Assembly: GCA_030265395.1 (NCBI GenBank) | Contig: JARFYF010000056.1 | Location: forward strand, 5,979,486-6,043,485 | Source: Rhina ancylostomus | Taxonomy: Eukaryota | Length of the DNA: 64,000 nt | Direction: 5' to 3' | Shown: positions 35,263-48,965 of the stretch, piece by piece | Numbering within the stretch: the first letter of the stretch is position 1 | How the letters are laid out: the number at the start of each line of letters is the position of its first letter | The notes under the pieces: model-generated | Told to the model about the DNA's origin: nothing | Seen by the model: only the letters and a program-made list of their open reading frames with translations | The model's database searches: none | Program-made: the position numbers and the translations under genes

Positions 35263-38200
35263 CTACAGATCGAAGACAGAAGTGTGAGACAATTCATTTG
35301 CAAAACAAAAATTGCCCACTTGCTTAAAATTAAAACTTAATATTTAAAACTATAAGCAATGAGAACTATGCATAAAGGAAAGAATATTGGTTTGGTAAAA
35401 TATGTGAGTAATATCTCATTAATTGTATACTTGAGAAAATAAATTAACATTTCAGATTTGGACTCTTATCAGAAAACATTAGACTTGAGTTCCTGTAGAT
35501 TTAAGATCTCCAAGACACCGATTCTGTTGGTTCCATGGTCACATATCAAACTTTGCTTTCTTTTTCAGGTGGCCAGTGAATTCTCTGTATTTCCAATTCT
35601 GACTGATGTACCACACCAGATGTAGGTGCAGATTTTCAACCTCCTGCTCAGGTCTGAAATTGGCTTTACAGATCTGCTGCCCAATTCAGAGGTTGCCCAG
35701 TTTTCATTTTCTTTGATTTCAAAACCCAGCAGTTTTGACAACTGACAGTTGACATCAAAATTCCAGTTTTGCATCTCAGCAGGTGGTGAACAATCTGCTC
35801 TCTCGCCAATGCTGAGGCCTTCTGGCATTTTCTTGTTTTGCTTTCAGCTTTCAGGCATCTGCATTTTTTTTGTTTTGGGGGCAAACAAATCCTTTTAACA
35901 CAAAAAAAACTATATTAAAAAGTTTTTATGGAAGATCTTACATAGTTCTTCTGTAGTTCTTCTGAAGAACATTAATAGCAGGAGTAACCCATTGGACAAA
36001 TCCCATATTCTGAGAACGTGTCTCCAGCAAGAAGAAACAGCTTCTCATCACATACTCCTTGGATCCACCTCTAACTCATACATCCCAATGAGAGCACCTC
36101 TCATTCTTCTGAGGAGAGACCCAGCTTCCTCTATTGTTCATGAAAGGATAATCCCTTCATCTGGGGATTCTTGTTTTTAAATATATATATACTAAAACAA
36201 TGCTGTACCAACTTCAACTTGAGTACATCTTTACTAAGGTATGGAGGCCAAAATTGAACACAGGTATAATCTTGTAATTTGGTTTTCCAAACAACACACA
36301 ATATATTGATCAAAATGATTAAGAAATCTATGAACAATCAATGCATAACTGAATGACATGGAAATAGTGTCAAGCAGAAATGAACACCAGTAACACTGTA
36401 ATCAGAAGAATCTAAGGAAATTCCAGCAGCCCAAAGCAAGGGTCAGTGAGGGAAGTTCACTGTTGACCTGTGTTAAACATGCACTGGAGGGCCAGCTGCA
36501 CTTTGTACTTGGCTTCTGATTAGGTTCTAATGAACTCAATGAAACCGAACATTGTGGGACGTTTACAACCAGTGGCCAATGCACTCTTGTGTGTAGCTCC
36601 TGCGATCAAATATGAACCTTAAGTTACTTCATAGCAGCCTGAGCTCATTTGTAAGATGTTTCCAACAAAATAAATCTCTTCTCTTTGAAGGATTATGTTT
36701 TCCAATTACGACTGCTTTGCTTTGGAATCTCTTAGTTATTGCTGACTTTTTGTTTTAATGCTTCATTCCTTTCTCTTTGCCAGTTATAGAGCTAAAGTTT
36801 TTGTTCTTTGCATAATGCTGCTCATTTTAAATTTTCAAATAGCTTATTTCTGCACTCTCTTAAAGCACTATCTGCTTCTGTACACTTCCATGGGCACATT
36901 CCAATTTTAATAACCTTGCCCAGATGGACAATTTTCACATTCAAGTCTGATTGCAAGTGCTGGAAAGCTGTTTCCCTGTGGAAACATCTTTGCTATAAAA
37001 AATTGATACTCTTCTGGATATTCATTTCCAGCAGGAACTTCAAGCAGGTCTGACAGATATTCCTCATTTGCCTAAGTATGTTGTGAGTGCCGTCGTACCC
37101 TTTCTACTTTACAAAAGTGACTATTCTTCATTGGCTGTGTGATTTCTGAAGCCACAAAAAGACTCAGACACCAACAGTTGATCAGTGATGAAACCCAAAA
37201 CCTTCCTGCTGATTAAAGTCCAGTAATAAAAATTTGTTCTTCAACATATACGAAATGCGCACCACTAACAGCTATGTGTTGCATACAAATTGCAAAATGT
37301 TGTTCCCATGCAGTTCAATGCAACTGAATTTCAAGAGAGCACAAAATNNNGGCACTAATGTAGTGCATGTTCAAAGCATGCTTTGAAGGATGAATTTGCA
37401 GCCCAGCATCTCTGCACTACTGGAATGGCAAATTCTCTTTTGTTTTTACCAAAATGAAAACCTCTTATTTTATTCTGAAAGTGAAGGTTGAAGAATGGAG
37501 TTCCTTTCGTGTCAACATCAAGCATTTGCAGGTCGGCTAAATCAGTCAGTTGTACAAGGTAATGTAGCATTGTGGCTTCAATCTGATCTCATGCAGACAA
37601 ACCTTTCTGGCACCTTTGTAGGTTCTTCATTTTTCACATCCTTGAGGTCAGAGCAAGAAATGTTACTCATACTAATTGGAGGCCAGTGTCTGATGCAAAT
37701 CGTTGGAATTGATGAAGGATGCTCCAATTCCTTGCAAGTTTCCCCATTCCCTTAGACGTTCCGCATCCTGGATTGGATTTAAACCTAACAACAGTAACCT
37801 GTATATATGGAGCACTGCTAATCTAACAAAACCTCAAGCCCTTCCACAAGAGCAAATGCAATGGAATACCAAGCCACAGGTTTGTTTCGGTGGTTGCAAG
37901 TGATCCCAGGATGGCACCTTGGCTTTCTGTGCTACAATTAAGATCAGTGCTTCTGTGGGGAAATTCTGCCACTTGGTGATGATGAGATTTTCGTGTAGAT
38001 GACCAAACAGGAGAGTTTGGAAGCTTCTCACAGGACAAACGGAATGCGAAGGGATTACAGAATGACTTACAGAGTTCAGAGGCATAAACATGCAGCTGCT
38101 ATGGATGGAGTGAATAAATTGGAGTATGAGCAGCAGCAATGTACTAGGAGGAGTGTGTTGTTCCCACTGGACCACCAAGAGATCATATTTAGTTTCTTTG

Positions 38201-39479
38201 ATTATCTAAATTTTCTTTATTTCCTTTATTTTATTATCCCATTATTCATCTACATCAACTATCATTACTTTTGCTACATTTTCTAGAAGGCTTTATTTAA
38301 CCGTAGTCGTGAAGTCTGAAACTAAAACAAATAACGTTGGAAGAACTTGCAAGGCAAGCCGCGACTGCAGCTCTTTGTCCAGAACTGGGAAAGAGAGAGA
38401 TGCAAGCAAGTTTTCCAGGAGGAGGGAAGGTGTGGGAGGGATGTGTGGAACAAAGGGTGTGTACGTCTTAGAATGAGTCAAAATGGTCATCAGCACTTTA
38501 AACTCCTAGGCCTGTGTAATGTGTTGTTAATGGTAGGGTGCTTGGTCTTGCCCGGCACACGAGACTCTGCATGTTGGATAAGTAAAATAGAAAACAGAAA
38601 ATAAGAATTCCAATTTCTGGTCAGCACTCAACTTCACCTGTCTTATGGACTGGTGCATCTACAAGGACCTACTATAGGAAAATCCCAAGAGTCACACCAC
38701 CACCAAGAATGTAGAAAGGAACCCTGGTTTAGGTGTCTGATAAAGAAAATGTATAATACTCATTTTGCATTTTAACTTGGGCACCAACTCAGTAAATTAC
38801 TGCTGACTCTTTCAATTTGACAAGCACTTTGTGCAGTCAGGTGGTGTAAATGGTATTTCAAGTACGCACTTGATACACTTGAATATTAACAGTCTCCATT
38901 GTGCTCAACAAATGAAACTGCTTAAAAAGAAACACACTTTTGCATAAGGTTTTCCCAAATGAAAAAAAGTCATAGGTAATCGATCACTTAGTCATCAAGA
39001 AAGCCTACATAACAGGAAGCAAGTTGCTTTCACTCCAAGTGTGACATTTCCTGGCGCTGGGCTGTCGGCTAGACCAAGTATTAAAAGCCTGCTGTCACTT
39101 GCTGTGAATTATACATTATTTGAATCCCTGGCATTTCATCTATTTTTCACTCTGAAATGAAATCAAGCATATGCTACACTATAGCCGGCAAAGAATGTAA
39201 ATGTTAACACCTGTACCGTACATCACGGGAAGAATCACCCTCAAGTATAAAAAAATCCATAACAGTAACTAAATCCATGTTAAACTTGGTATGCAGCTTT
39301 CTGGTACAACAATCACATATCACCTGCATAAATAACATGCTTCCAAAGGTTTAAAACATCTACACTGAACCAATACATTAAACCCTCCATAAAGCAAGAT
39401 GCTACAGCGGAACAGGTATGTAGTACTCGGTAAGTTAACTGGCGAACAATAAATTCTACACAAGCCAATCCATACACTG

Positions 39480-39895
39480 TAGTGCAGGGGGTAGCACTCC
39501 TGCCTCCGAATCAGGGATATCCTCTTGTGGGTATCTTAAACCTTGGACGTGAAAGATCCTGCAGCACTATNNNNNNNNNNNNNNNNNNNNNNNNNNNNNN
39601 NNNNNNNNNNNNNNNNNNNNNNNNNNNNNNNNNNNNNNNNNNNNNNNNNNNNNNNNNNNNNNNNNNNNNNAAAGATCCTGCAGCACTATTTCATGTTTCA
39701 ACCAATAATTCTGTTAGGCAGCATTACACAAAAGAATTCATCTAATCATCAGGTTTCTGATTGTGGGATCTTTCTTTACAAAAATTGGCTGCTCTGTTTC
39801 CAATATCAGAACACCGATTACACTTCCAAAATTTCTGAATTGACAAGTGCTTTGGGGACATCCAGAGACTCTACACAAATGTATGCTGATTTTTA
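39480..39895 (+). mobile_element. DeuSINE (SacSINE/AmnSINE-like) copy
   Basis: tRNA-like head gtagcactcctgcctccgaatcag; core ggacgtgaaagatcctgcagcactattt...tgtgggatctt...aaattggctgctctgtttcc. Confidence 0.65.
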
Positions 39896-40854
39896 AAATC
39901 ATTTCACGATAGTTTTTCAATTTAGAATGCATATTCCTAGCACAGAAACTGCGTGAAAACAGAATTTATTGACCATCATAACAATGTAATAATGGGTTGC
40001 AAATACCAATGAGAACCAGACCAATTACAAAAGAATCAGAGGGGAAGCTAAAATTAAAATAGGAGGCAGAGAGGGTATAAGAAAAGATTAGCTGCCAACA
40101 TAAATGGGAATCAAAGTACAGTATACCATACATATGCCTACAAGAGTAATACACAAAGGAGTGGAGCCAATTAAGGACAAAAATGGAAACTTGCTCATGG
40201 ATGCTGAGAGCAGTGCTAAGGTACTAAACAAGTGCGTTGTATCCGTCTTCACCAGGGAAGAGGCTGCTTCCAAAGCAATCATAGAGGAAACACTGGAGAC
40301 GCGAGCTATGTTAAAAATTGATACCTCTGATATTAGAAAAGTTTGCTGAACTTAAAGTGGTTAAGTCACCCGGACTGCATGGGATACATCCTAGGATTTT
40401 GAGAGGGGCACTAACCATAATCTTTCTATGCTCCTTGGACAACAGGTAGCAAATATTACTCCCTTGTCCAAAAAAAAATTGAGAAAGGATAAGCCCAACT
40501 AGACTAGTCAGTTTAACTTAAACAAGGACCTTGAGCAATTCAGTCAAACTAGTGCATGTGGACTTCCAGGCTTTTGATATGGTGCCACAAACAGTCTTAT
40601 CAGCAAAGTTGGAGCGCATGGCATAAAAGAAACACTGATACCACGGGTACAAAGTTGGCTAAGTAGCAAAGCGTCACGGTGAGTGGTTGTTTCTCAGATG
40701 CAGGTAAGTGTATAGGGAATTTTCCCAATAAACAGTTGGGACTACTGCTTTTTTTAAAATCTGAAGACCCAACTTCGGGGTGTAAGCCCAATTTTTAAAT
40801 TTGCCTATGACAGAACTTGCAGCATTGTGAACTGCAAAGAACAAGATATCTATC

Positions 40855-40978
40855 TCAAGTGTCACCACTCTTCTGGTGCCAACAAAGCATGCCCACAGCT
40901 CCTAACCTGTACGTCTTTGGAACGTGGGAGGAAACAGGAGCACCCGGAGGAAACCCACGCAGACACACGGGGAGAGAT
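40855..40978 (-). mobile_element. V-SINE (HE1-like) fragment inserted in LINE
   Basis: tctttggaacgtgggaggaaacaggagcacccggaggaaacccacgcagacacacggggaga. Confidence 0.85.
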
Positions 40979-41707
40979 AGCAGCTTTTGGAACGGACAAG
41001 CACCTGGAAGATGTAGTTTAATGCAAGAAAATGTGAAGTGGTGCATTTTGGTGGGAAGAATGAGGACAGGCAGTATAAATGATACTGGTCAAAAATGGAT
41101 GCAGTAGCAGAGGGACGTAGGGACATGTGCACACACATCATTGAAAGGTTGAGAAAGCTACTAATAATCCTGGGCTTTATCAATTGAGGCATTCAGCATA
41201 CAAGCTGGGAAACCTTTAAAACATGGTCCTGCCTCAACTGGCATTTCTGATCAGTGGGTATAGGAAGGATCTGAAAGCAACAGAGAGGGCCCTTAAGAAA
41301 TTTACAAGAATGGTTTCTGGAATAGAATACATTGGCTTGTACTGTTTTCTTTAGAGAAGACCAAAGAGAAAGTTGATGGAAGCATAGGAGGTGACTGGAC
41401 AGAGTGGATAGTGGGAGACCATTCTCTGTGTGAAGGGTTCGAGGACTTGAGGTCATGGGTAATAGCGTGAAGTGATGCATTTTGTGGATTTAAACCAAGC
41501 CAGGACAGAGAATGACAGGGATCTGAGCTGTGTTGTTGAATAGAGAAACCTGGGGTACAGGTACATAGTTCCCTGAAAGTGGCATCACAGGCAGACACAG
41601 TGTTGAACAAGGCACAAGGCACTGAGTGCAAGAGTTGGGACATCATGTTAAAGTTGCACAAAACATTGGTGAGACTGTACTTGGACTATTGTGCGCAGGT
41701 CTGGTTG

Positions 41708-41925
41708 CAGCCTGCAAGTGTTGCCACGCTTCCGGCACCAACATAGCATGCCCACAACTTCCTAACCTATACGTCTTTGGAATGTGGGGGGAAACCGGAG
41801 CACCCGGAGGAAACCCACACAGGCACCGAGAGAATGTACAAACTCCTTACAGACAGCGGCAGGAATTGAACCTGGGTCGCTAGTGCTGTCAAATGTTACG
41901 CTAAGCGCTATACAACTGTGCTGCC
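41708..41925 (-). mobile_element. V-SINE (HE1-like) inserted in LINE
   Basis: V-domain plus tRNA-like head (ggaattgaacctgggtcgctagtgctg...gttacgcta); same family as 5950-6362. Confidence 0.88.
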
Positions 41926-44900
41926 CAAAAGGAAGCTGCTTGGCTTGGATAACTTGAGTTATCAGGAGAGATGGGTGAAGCTGTAACTGTTTTTCCTGAA
42001 GGAGGCTGAGAGGTGACATGATAGGCTGATAAAATTATGAGAGACACAGATAGATCATGTAGATAACCAGAGTGTTCCCAATGTAGGGGTGTCTAAAACT
42101 AGAGGGCATAGGTTTAAGGTCAGAGGAAGTTTAAAGGGAATCTAAGGGGTAAATTTTTCACAGAGCAGTTGATATCTGGAATGAACTGCCAGAGGAGGTG
42201 GAGGAGGAGGCAGGAACAGTAACAACATTTAGGAGGCATCTGTTCAGGTACTTGAATGAAAGAGGCATGAATTAATGCAGGGAAATGGGATCACTACAGA
42301 CAGGCATGATGGTCAGCATAGATGTGGTGGGCTGAAGGGCCTGTTTCTATGCTGTACAACTCTGACTCTAAAATAAGAGGGAATTAAGAATGAAATGAGG
42401 AGAATTATTTTTTAAATGCGTTGTCTTGTTGGAATCTGGAATGCACTGCCTGCAGATGTAGTGAAGGCAGATTCCTTTTTGGTGTTCAACAGGCAATTGG
42501 ATAAACAAATGGTGGAAAAAAATTTGCAAGACTACAGAGCCATGGAGTTGTTCTGGCTCAGATGTGATGGGCCAAATCGCCAGCTTCTGAGATTCTATGG
42601 TTCTCTGAAGCAGAACTGCATGTAGTAGTGTACAAACATAGTATCTTGTTAACGAACTTTAAAAGGAAGCTTTTATTCTATAATACCAACAAAGCTCTAA
42701 TTAGTACATTTCTTACTTTGAAGGCATCATGCCCAATATTATTATAGCACTGAAAATGTAACCTCAATGGTCTATGACCATAAAAGATTACTGAATCTTT
42801 CCAGTGTATTTTCTGCAGAATTGAAGTGGGGTGGGGCAATCCAGACAGAAATGTGATGCGTCAACTGCAACTGAAAGTCAGGGTCAACAGCCCTCATGCA
42901 AGATTAATGTTTGTAAATACAGGTGCACCATAACACTATCGATTCTTCAAGAATGCGTAGTATTAGAGTCTCTTACAGAACTTGAGTTCATGCTGCATTT
43001 ATCATACAGAATCTCTCAGTGATGGTTTGGTAATCAAGGGTAGTGCATGCAACCATCAGCCATCCACTCAAATACACACTGGGGATTTACTAGAGTCACA
43101 TTCTTCTGCAATTGTTATTAGTGGAAGATTGCCAGCTTGTCTCCCAGGGAGCTCAAGGTTCAATCAACAGTTTTAGCAAACAGTATTACAAAAATTATTC
43201 TTCATGCCAAATTGTAAAATGTATATATACAAAATAAGAGATAACTGGTTAATGACATCAAAGATTCCCTTTTATTTGTCAATATGAAATAAAATAAGGC
43301 ACCTTTCATGAATCAACCTGCTTTTCTCCATTTATCTGTACAAATATTTCAATATAAAACTGACTTCATAGCTCCAAAGTTCTTCACAGTATAATTGGAA
43401 ATGCCTTCTAAAATCACCAGGCTATGTGCCAGGATGAAGCCCCAAAAGACCTCATGATGGCACCCGAATTTCCTTTCACATGGAGCTTTTATTCACCTAC
43501 TGAAAGATATTCATACTGTGGCAATATCGAGCAAAAAAAAAGGAAAGCATTTTATCCAGCACTAAATAATTTCTAATTAGGCCAAAACTGCACTGGTTGG
43601 CAAATATGCAGTATATAGAGGACATGTTTATTTTTGTTACTTTGCAATGAAAAGTTGGGATTTTTTTTTGATGAAGATGCTATTTCAATGCAAGTTCCTG
43701 TTGTTGAAAGCCAAATAAGATGTGTCCTGTGCAGCACAAGCAAATCTCATTTTTCAGTTGAATTCTTTACATTCATAAAGTGACAGTGCCTTTTGTATCC
43801 ACTCAATGGAAATGATGCCGCATTCTTGAAGGAGGATGATCAGACAGGACATTGTAATAGTCTGGGGGGGGGGGGGGGGNNNNNNNNNNNNNNNNNNGTT
43901 TTTGTTTATCAACCATGCCATGTCTTTGCCCCAATTACTAATTAAGACTTAGTAGATGTTGCCGATATCTAAGGATGTATAAAATTACACCCCAAGTAAA
44001 ACCTTCCAGTTAGTGCTGCACCTTCCAGGTGTTCAGAGTTCACATAAACTGAGCCAACTGATGAATTGACCTGTACGATTGGTTTGTAAGACAAGCTTTT
44101 CACCGTACCTCGGTACAAGTGACAATAATAAACCAATACCAGTACCAATCTTCATAAATGTCCATCTGGTTAGTTTGCATTACTTTTCCACCATCTTCCA
44201 TTCATCTTTAATCCTTTACCATTCAACAAACCACAGGGGTTGGAGTTTCCTCTCCAACTCCACTATTTAATCCAACGAGCCTTATGATTCAGAATGGATT
44301 AATACTCTGATGTGCATCCTCCCAGATGGAGTACACTGCAGAAATAGAATCACAGGTTTTCCTTGCAGTCAAGGAAAACAGAGCTCTTACATTTTAGGCC
44401 AGAATACCCCTGAGAGTTCTCAACCTTGGGAGAATGGAATAAAGGGCAGAAACACTTTGATCTTTATCAGATATATCCCTAAGAACACAATGTTAAACTT
44501 CCAAGTCAAGAATACACACAATGCAAACTTTCTTGGTTGTAACCAATGAAGGTCTCAAGGCACTCCTCAGCTGACTGTAGAGAACTTGATTCATTTAGTA
44601 ATGAGCTTTTAAATTATCCAAAATGTCAAGTGACTGATCACAATGGCATGAACTACAGTATCTGTTACATTTACTCTTACTGCTTACTCTTTGATCTGTT
44701 AACCTAGATACAAAGCAATTAACATCTAACAGATGCCCAGCTTAGAGATATTTTCCTCCCAGATTACTTGGTGTTAACACTGCATCAGCAAAAATGTTGG
44801 GAGGTGGTGGGAAGGGGCATACAATTCTCAGTCTACTGTACAGAGTGATTCAGAAAACAGTCCAATTAAGACATAAAAGAAACTTCAGAAACTTCTCCCA

Positions 44901-45042
44901 AACTAAGCAGGCTGATTTCTCCAGCAGAGAAGCATTCTCCATTATACTGTTGTGAGGAATCACTCCTTGTTTAGGTGAAGGCACAAAGTTTGTACTATGT
45001 TTTAAAAATGATCGAGGAACCTTGAACGAGCAGGTACAAGTA

Positions 45043-45262
45043 CAGGTCCTCCCCAGCTTACGAACGCCTGACTTATGTGCAGTCCGTACATAGGAATGAG
45101 TGTTTGGGAGACCAGCGGAATGGATTTACCAGCTGCTGTGGTGCTGCAGGCATCTTCTGCTGCCTGGGAATGTGGTTCACAGCTGCATTTCTGACGTGCA
45201 GACTGTTCAGGTTAAGAATGGTTTGCAGGAACAGAACCCTGCTGTAACCTGGGGACGATGTG
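45043..45262. mobile_element. Tc1/mariner-Tigger-like MITE
   Basis: TA|CAGGTCCTCCCCAGCTTAC ... GTAACCTGGGGACGATGTG|TA: imperfect terminal inverted repeats with TA target-site duplication. Confidence 0.75.
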
Positions 45263-46829
45263 TAGCACCTCGTTGTTGTTGGGCAGCACACTTCAATCAG
45301 ACCTTCAAGTATCTGGTTGAAAATAAGTTTAACGTTCTCTACTTGTCTCAGAAATTGTAACTGGAAGGAAAAAATAAGCATAGGAAATAATTTGTGCAAC
45401 ACTTGATTTAGAGGCAATGTAAGAATCAAAGCCATGCAACTGAAACATGGTTGAATCATGGAGCACGAGGTGATGTTTCTCTCCTGTACATGGCCTTCAC
45501 CCTTTGAGATTCACATTTGGGGACTGCAAAAATCACAGAACTCACTGGCATCTGCTACCAATGCTGTGAACCAGAAACTTCTGAGGTAATTGGAACAACG
45601 TTGTCCATCAATCAGCAAAATCGATACTGAACAAGTTGATACTGCACAGGTTCTGTCAACAGGGAAGATGAAACCTGCTTGGCTGACATGGAGTAGATGC
45701 GTACTTTTGGAGAGCATGAAATTCAACAACCTGTTTTCTAAAGTGATTTCAATGGAGTTATTAGTTCAGAAATACACTTGGAAAACAATTAAAGGCAAGA
45801 TGCATTTTTGCCTTGGTGCAGAAGGTACAAATGGACTGCTTGGTGCAACACTGTGTCGGTTACAGTTTTTCTTCATTTGGAAGATGGCTTGCTCATCTGT
45901 AGACAGCAGATTAATAAATAAAGACAATAACTTCTTCCCATTCACTTGCATTTGTGCAGAGATCTAAAACCAAGCCACAACTCATGGGAATGTATTATGT
46001 TTTAGATTTTGAGGCGTCCTAACAATGTTCTAGATCCAAAGGACTAAATCCATTTATATTAAATCTGCCTACAGCATTAGTTGCAGACATTAGGCCAAGT
46101 CAGCTGTATTGAATAGTTTGTGCTGAGCTCCAAAAGTAGTAGTACAAGATTGCCTCCTCTCAGCACTGCTCAGCTGTTCAAACAACCTTGCTGGTTTGCC
46201 AGCTGCCCTACTGAACACTGCAATTGCCATCTTTAGGTCTGCAGATCAGTGATATGAATACATCAGGAGCTTTCAAAACTGATCACCTCAACAGAATTTC
46301 CCTGTAATACACACAAAAAGATTCTTACTCAAGATCATCTTAAATAAGATGACATATCCCAGTACTAAAAAGTGGTTCAGATGAGAACAGTGCTTTTAAA
46401 CTGATGTACCCTGACAAGATCACTTTGCCTTCATGGGTGACCCCTCAGTAGACTAATCAAGATCCTGACTATACACTTTGATATATTAACCCATTTCTTC
46501 TTAATATCCCCTCGAATGCCACTGCTCTATAACCTTTGAAGTACTTACTAAAACAAAATTAAAAAAATAAGTCTTCAAGTACAGACACAACATTATAGTA
46601 TTATAAATCAATTGTTTATATTTCAGGACCAACAGTGCTGTTAGTGCACTAAAGCTGCACTCATCTTTATCTGATCCTACTTCTTGTTTGGAGTCTAAAT
46701 GTGAAGAACTGACATATTTATACCTTTGTTTTCAGCAGAAGCAAGTTATTTAATGTGCAATACAGAATACAAGTGTTATTTATCTTGAACATTCCTAAAC
46801 CCCCAACTCGAAGGACAATTTAGCAGGGA

Positions 46830-47000
46830 TACAGGATTTCTCACTATTCCTTCACTGCCACTGGGTCAAAACTCTACAACTTCCTACTCAACAGCAGAAC
46901 TGCAACAGTTCATGATCGGAGCTCACCAACACCTTGTCAGGGGCAGCTAGGGATGGGCAACAAATGATGGCCAATCCAGCAGTAGTCACATCCTGCAAAA
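46830..47000 (+). mobile_element. Old LINE 3' end
   Basis: ttccttcactgccactgggtcaaaactc...gctcaccaacaccttgtcaggggcagctagggatgggcaacaaatg; related reverse-complement pieces at about 1-130 and 15240-15320. Confidence 0.6.
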
Positions 47001-48639
47001 GCAGAAATTGAGGCAAACCTAGATCCAATGACTTGAGCACATCAGCAATGGTGGCAAGAAGCATAGAATGTCATGGAACTGAGCTTGCAGGAAACACCAG
47101 GAGCAAAAAAATGATTTTAACAGATTAAGAAAACTGGACAAAGATTAAGAATCACCCCTGTGATGGAGGTGCAGCTTAATTATCGATGTCCTCTTATGCT
47201 TGAAATTGTATCAGAAGCTTTGGGAGACACAGAATGAAGCACAAGGCACATGCCATCACCTCATGCCAATGATTTCATTTCTTTTGCTGCATTTGCTTGG
47301 AAGAGTCTGTCAGAAAGGAGCTTGGCAAAGATTAACATTCCCAGATGTCCTATTATCCCTTCAATCTAACTGTTCTGTGAACCAAAATTAAGTACATTTC
47401 TGAATGACCAGTCATCCTAAAGCAAACAAAATAGCACATGCAAGCAGTTTTCCAATGGATATGTCAGATTAATATTTTGCATTTTCTTTCGCAATTAACT
47501 GGAATTAATATTTAACCCAATTTATATCCCACCCGCCCAAAGCACAGGGTAGACCAATAATATTACATATCTGGTAACATGCCTATACTTTGACACTCAT
47601 GAAGCATTAACGTGGTGGCTTTTGCAACAACCATCGATCCCGAAATGTACCTTTGTTGACAAGTTTTCCTGCATGCTTTAAATGCAAGCCATGAACTGGA
47701 ACTTTATAAACAAATTAAATAAAGAATACTGCCCCCACAATAATTTAGTTATATCACTGCAATTGAATTACTGTAATGATGCACAGCAATTACCTGCAAT
47801 TAAATAAACTGCCTATTCCAACTCCCCAACTAAATTTACTGTATGAACTGAGCATCCACTGGAAGTCTTATAACTAAAGTCAATAAATTAACACTAATTT
47901 GTTTTGAATGCCAATAATCAAATGACATTAGGAGTTGACAAAGGCAAAACGTAAACTTTCAGGCCAACCACCAGTGCAAGGACCACATTTGTGGTCTTTT
48001 TAACCAGGCTAGAATTTTAATCGTTGTGCTTGTTTATCTAAAACCTCTGGGCACATTTGAACATTAGAACTCTGAAAATATTCATGCTGAAATCTCTGTT
48101 CAACATTTGACCGGAAGTCGGCTAGCTTTAATAAGGACTTTAACATTACAATGGTTTGTCTGAATACTGAGCCAAAACCTACACCTCACTGCATTGCACT
48201 TCAAGCGTCAACAAACCAAGCAGTTTAAGACTGGTTAGTCTCATTGAGTTTTGCTCCATTGTGGGTTGGGCCCAAACTCTATTTTCACTGCTGGTGAGCA
48301 CCAGCCAACACACAAACTGCTTTCCACTACTGTTAACGTATCCCAATCTCATGCTCCAAAAATAACAAATTGGATTTCACATATCTGCATATTGTTTATT
48401 ATAAGCAACACAGCATGCCAATTTATAAAAGACAAAGACTTTGAAATGTCTACATTGATACTGCCATTGTAACATTCAACTTCATAACAATTCCAATATT
48501 CTTGGTTAACTTTGGCTGAACCTTCCAAATGGTTATCGTTTTAATTGTCATCTGATATTTACTGACAGATTAAAATATAAAATGTTGGAAAAGACTAACA
48601 ATTCAGATCTACTTTAAATATGGATTTAATACTGAGATG

Positions 48640-48965
48640 CAAATGGTGCTGTTCTCCATGAGAGCTGGCAGCCAAGAGGGGGATAAGAGAAAGGTGTTTG
48701 AAATCATGAGAAGTTCAAGTAGAATGAATGAAGAGAAGTTGTTTCCAGTGGCTGGAAGGTTATTAAGTGGAAGGCACAGATTTCAAGTGACTGGAAAAGA
48801 AGCAAAAAAAACTTCATCCAGCAAGTGCTTATGGTTTTGAACATGTGTTAGTTTGGACATGGCAAACAAACTCAATAGAAGCCTTACAAAAGGGTACTGG
48901 GCAGATACTTGGAGGAAAAAAATTCAATGCCATCAGGAAGAAACATGAATATGGGATGACAGATC
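48640..48965 (+). mobile_element. Degenerate CR1-type LINE 3' fragment
   Basis: Translates LFSMR...GDKRKVFEIMRSSSRMNEEKLFPVAG...GRHRFQV (CR1 ORF2 C-terminus). Confidence 0.75.

Larger units (their letters stand above)
40000..42610 (+). mobile_element. Nested CR1-type LINE cluster (old ORF2 remnant plus a second LINE 3' piece)
   Basis: GVEPIKDKNGNLLMDAESSAKVLNKCVVSVFTREE is a CR1 ORF2 motif; two separate ORF2 C-termini and 3' tails end near 42365 and 42605. Confidence 0.85.

Noticed and set aside
36700-37070. Possible Gypsy gag zinc-knuckle remnant
   Set aside because: Cysteine spacing is unconvincing and no protease, RT or LTR was found nearby; left unassigned.
39552-39689. Exact 19-bp repeat aaagatcctgcagcactat around a 100-N gap
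   Set aside because: Assembly overlap artefact.
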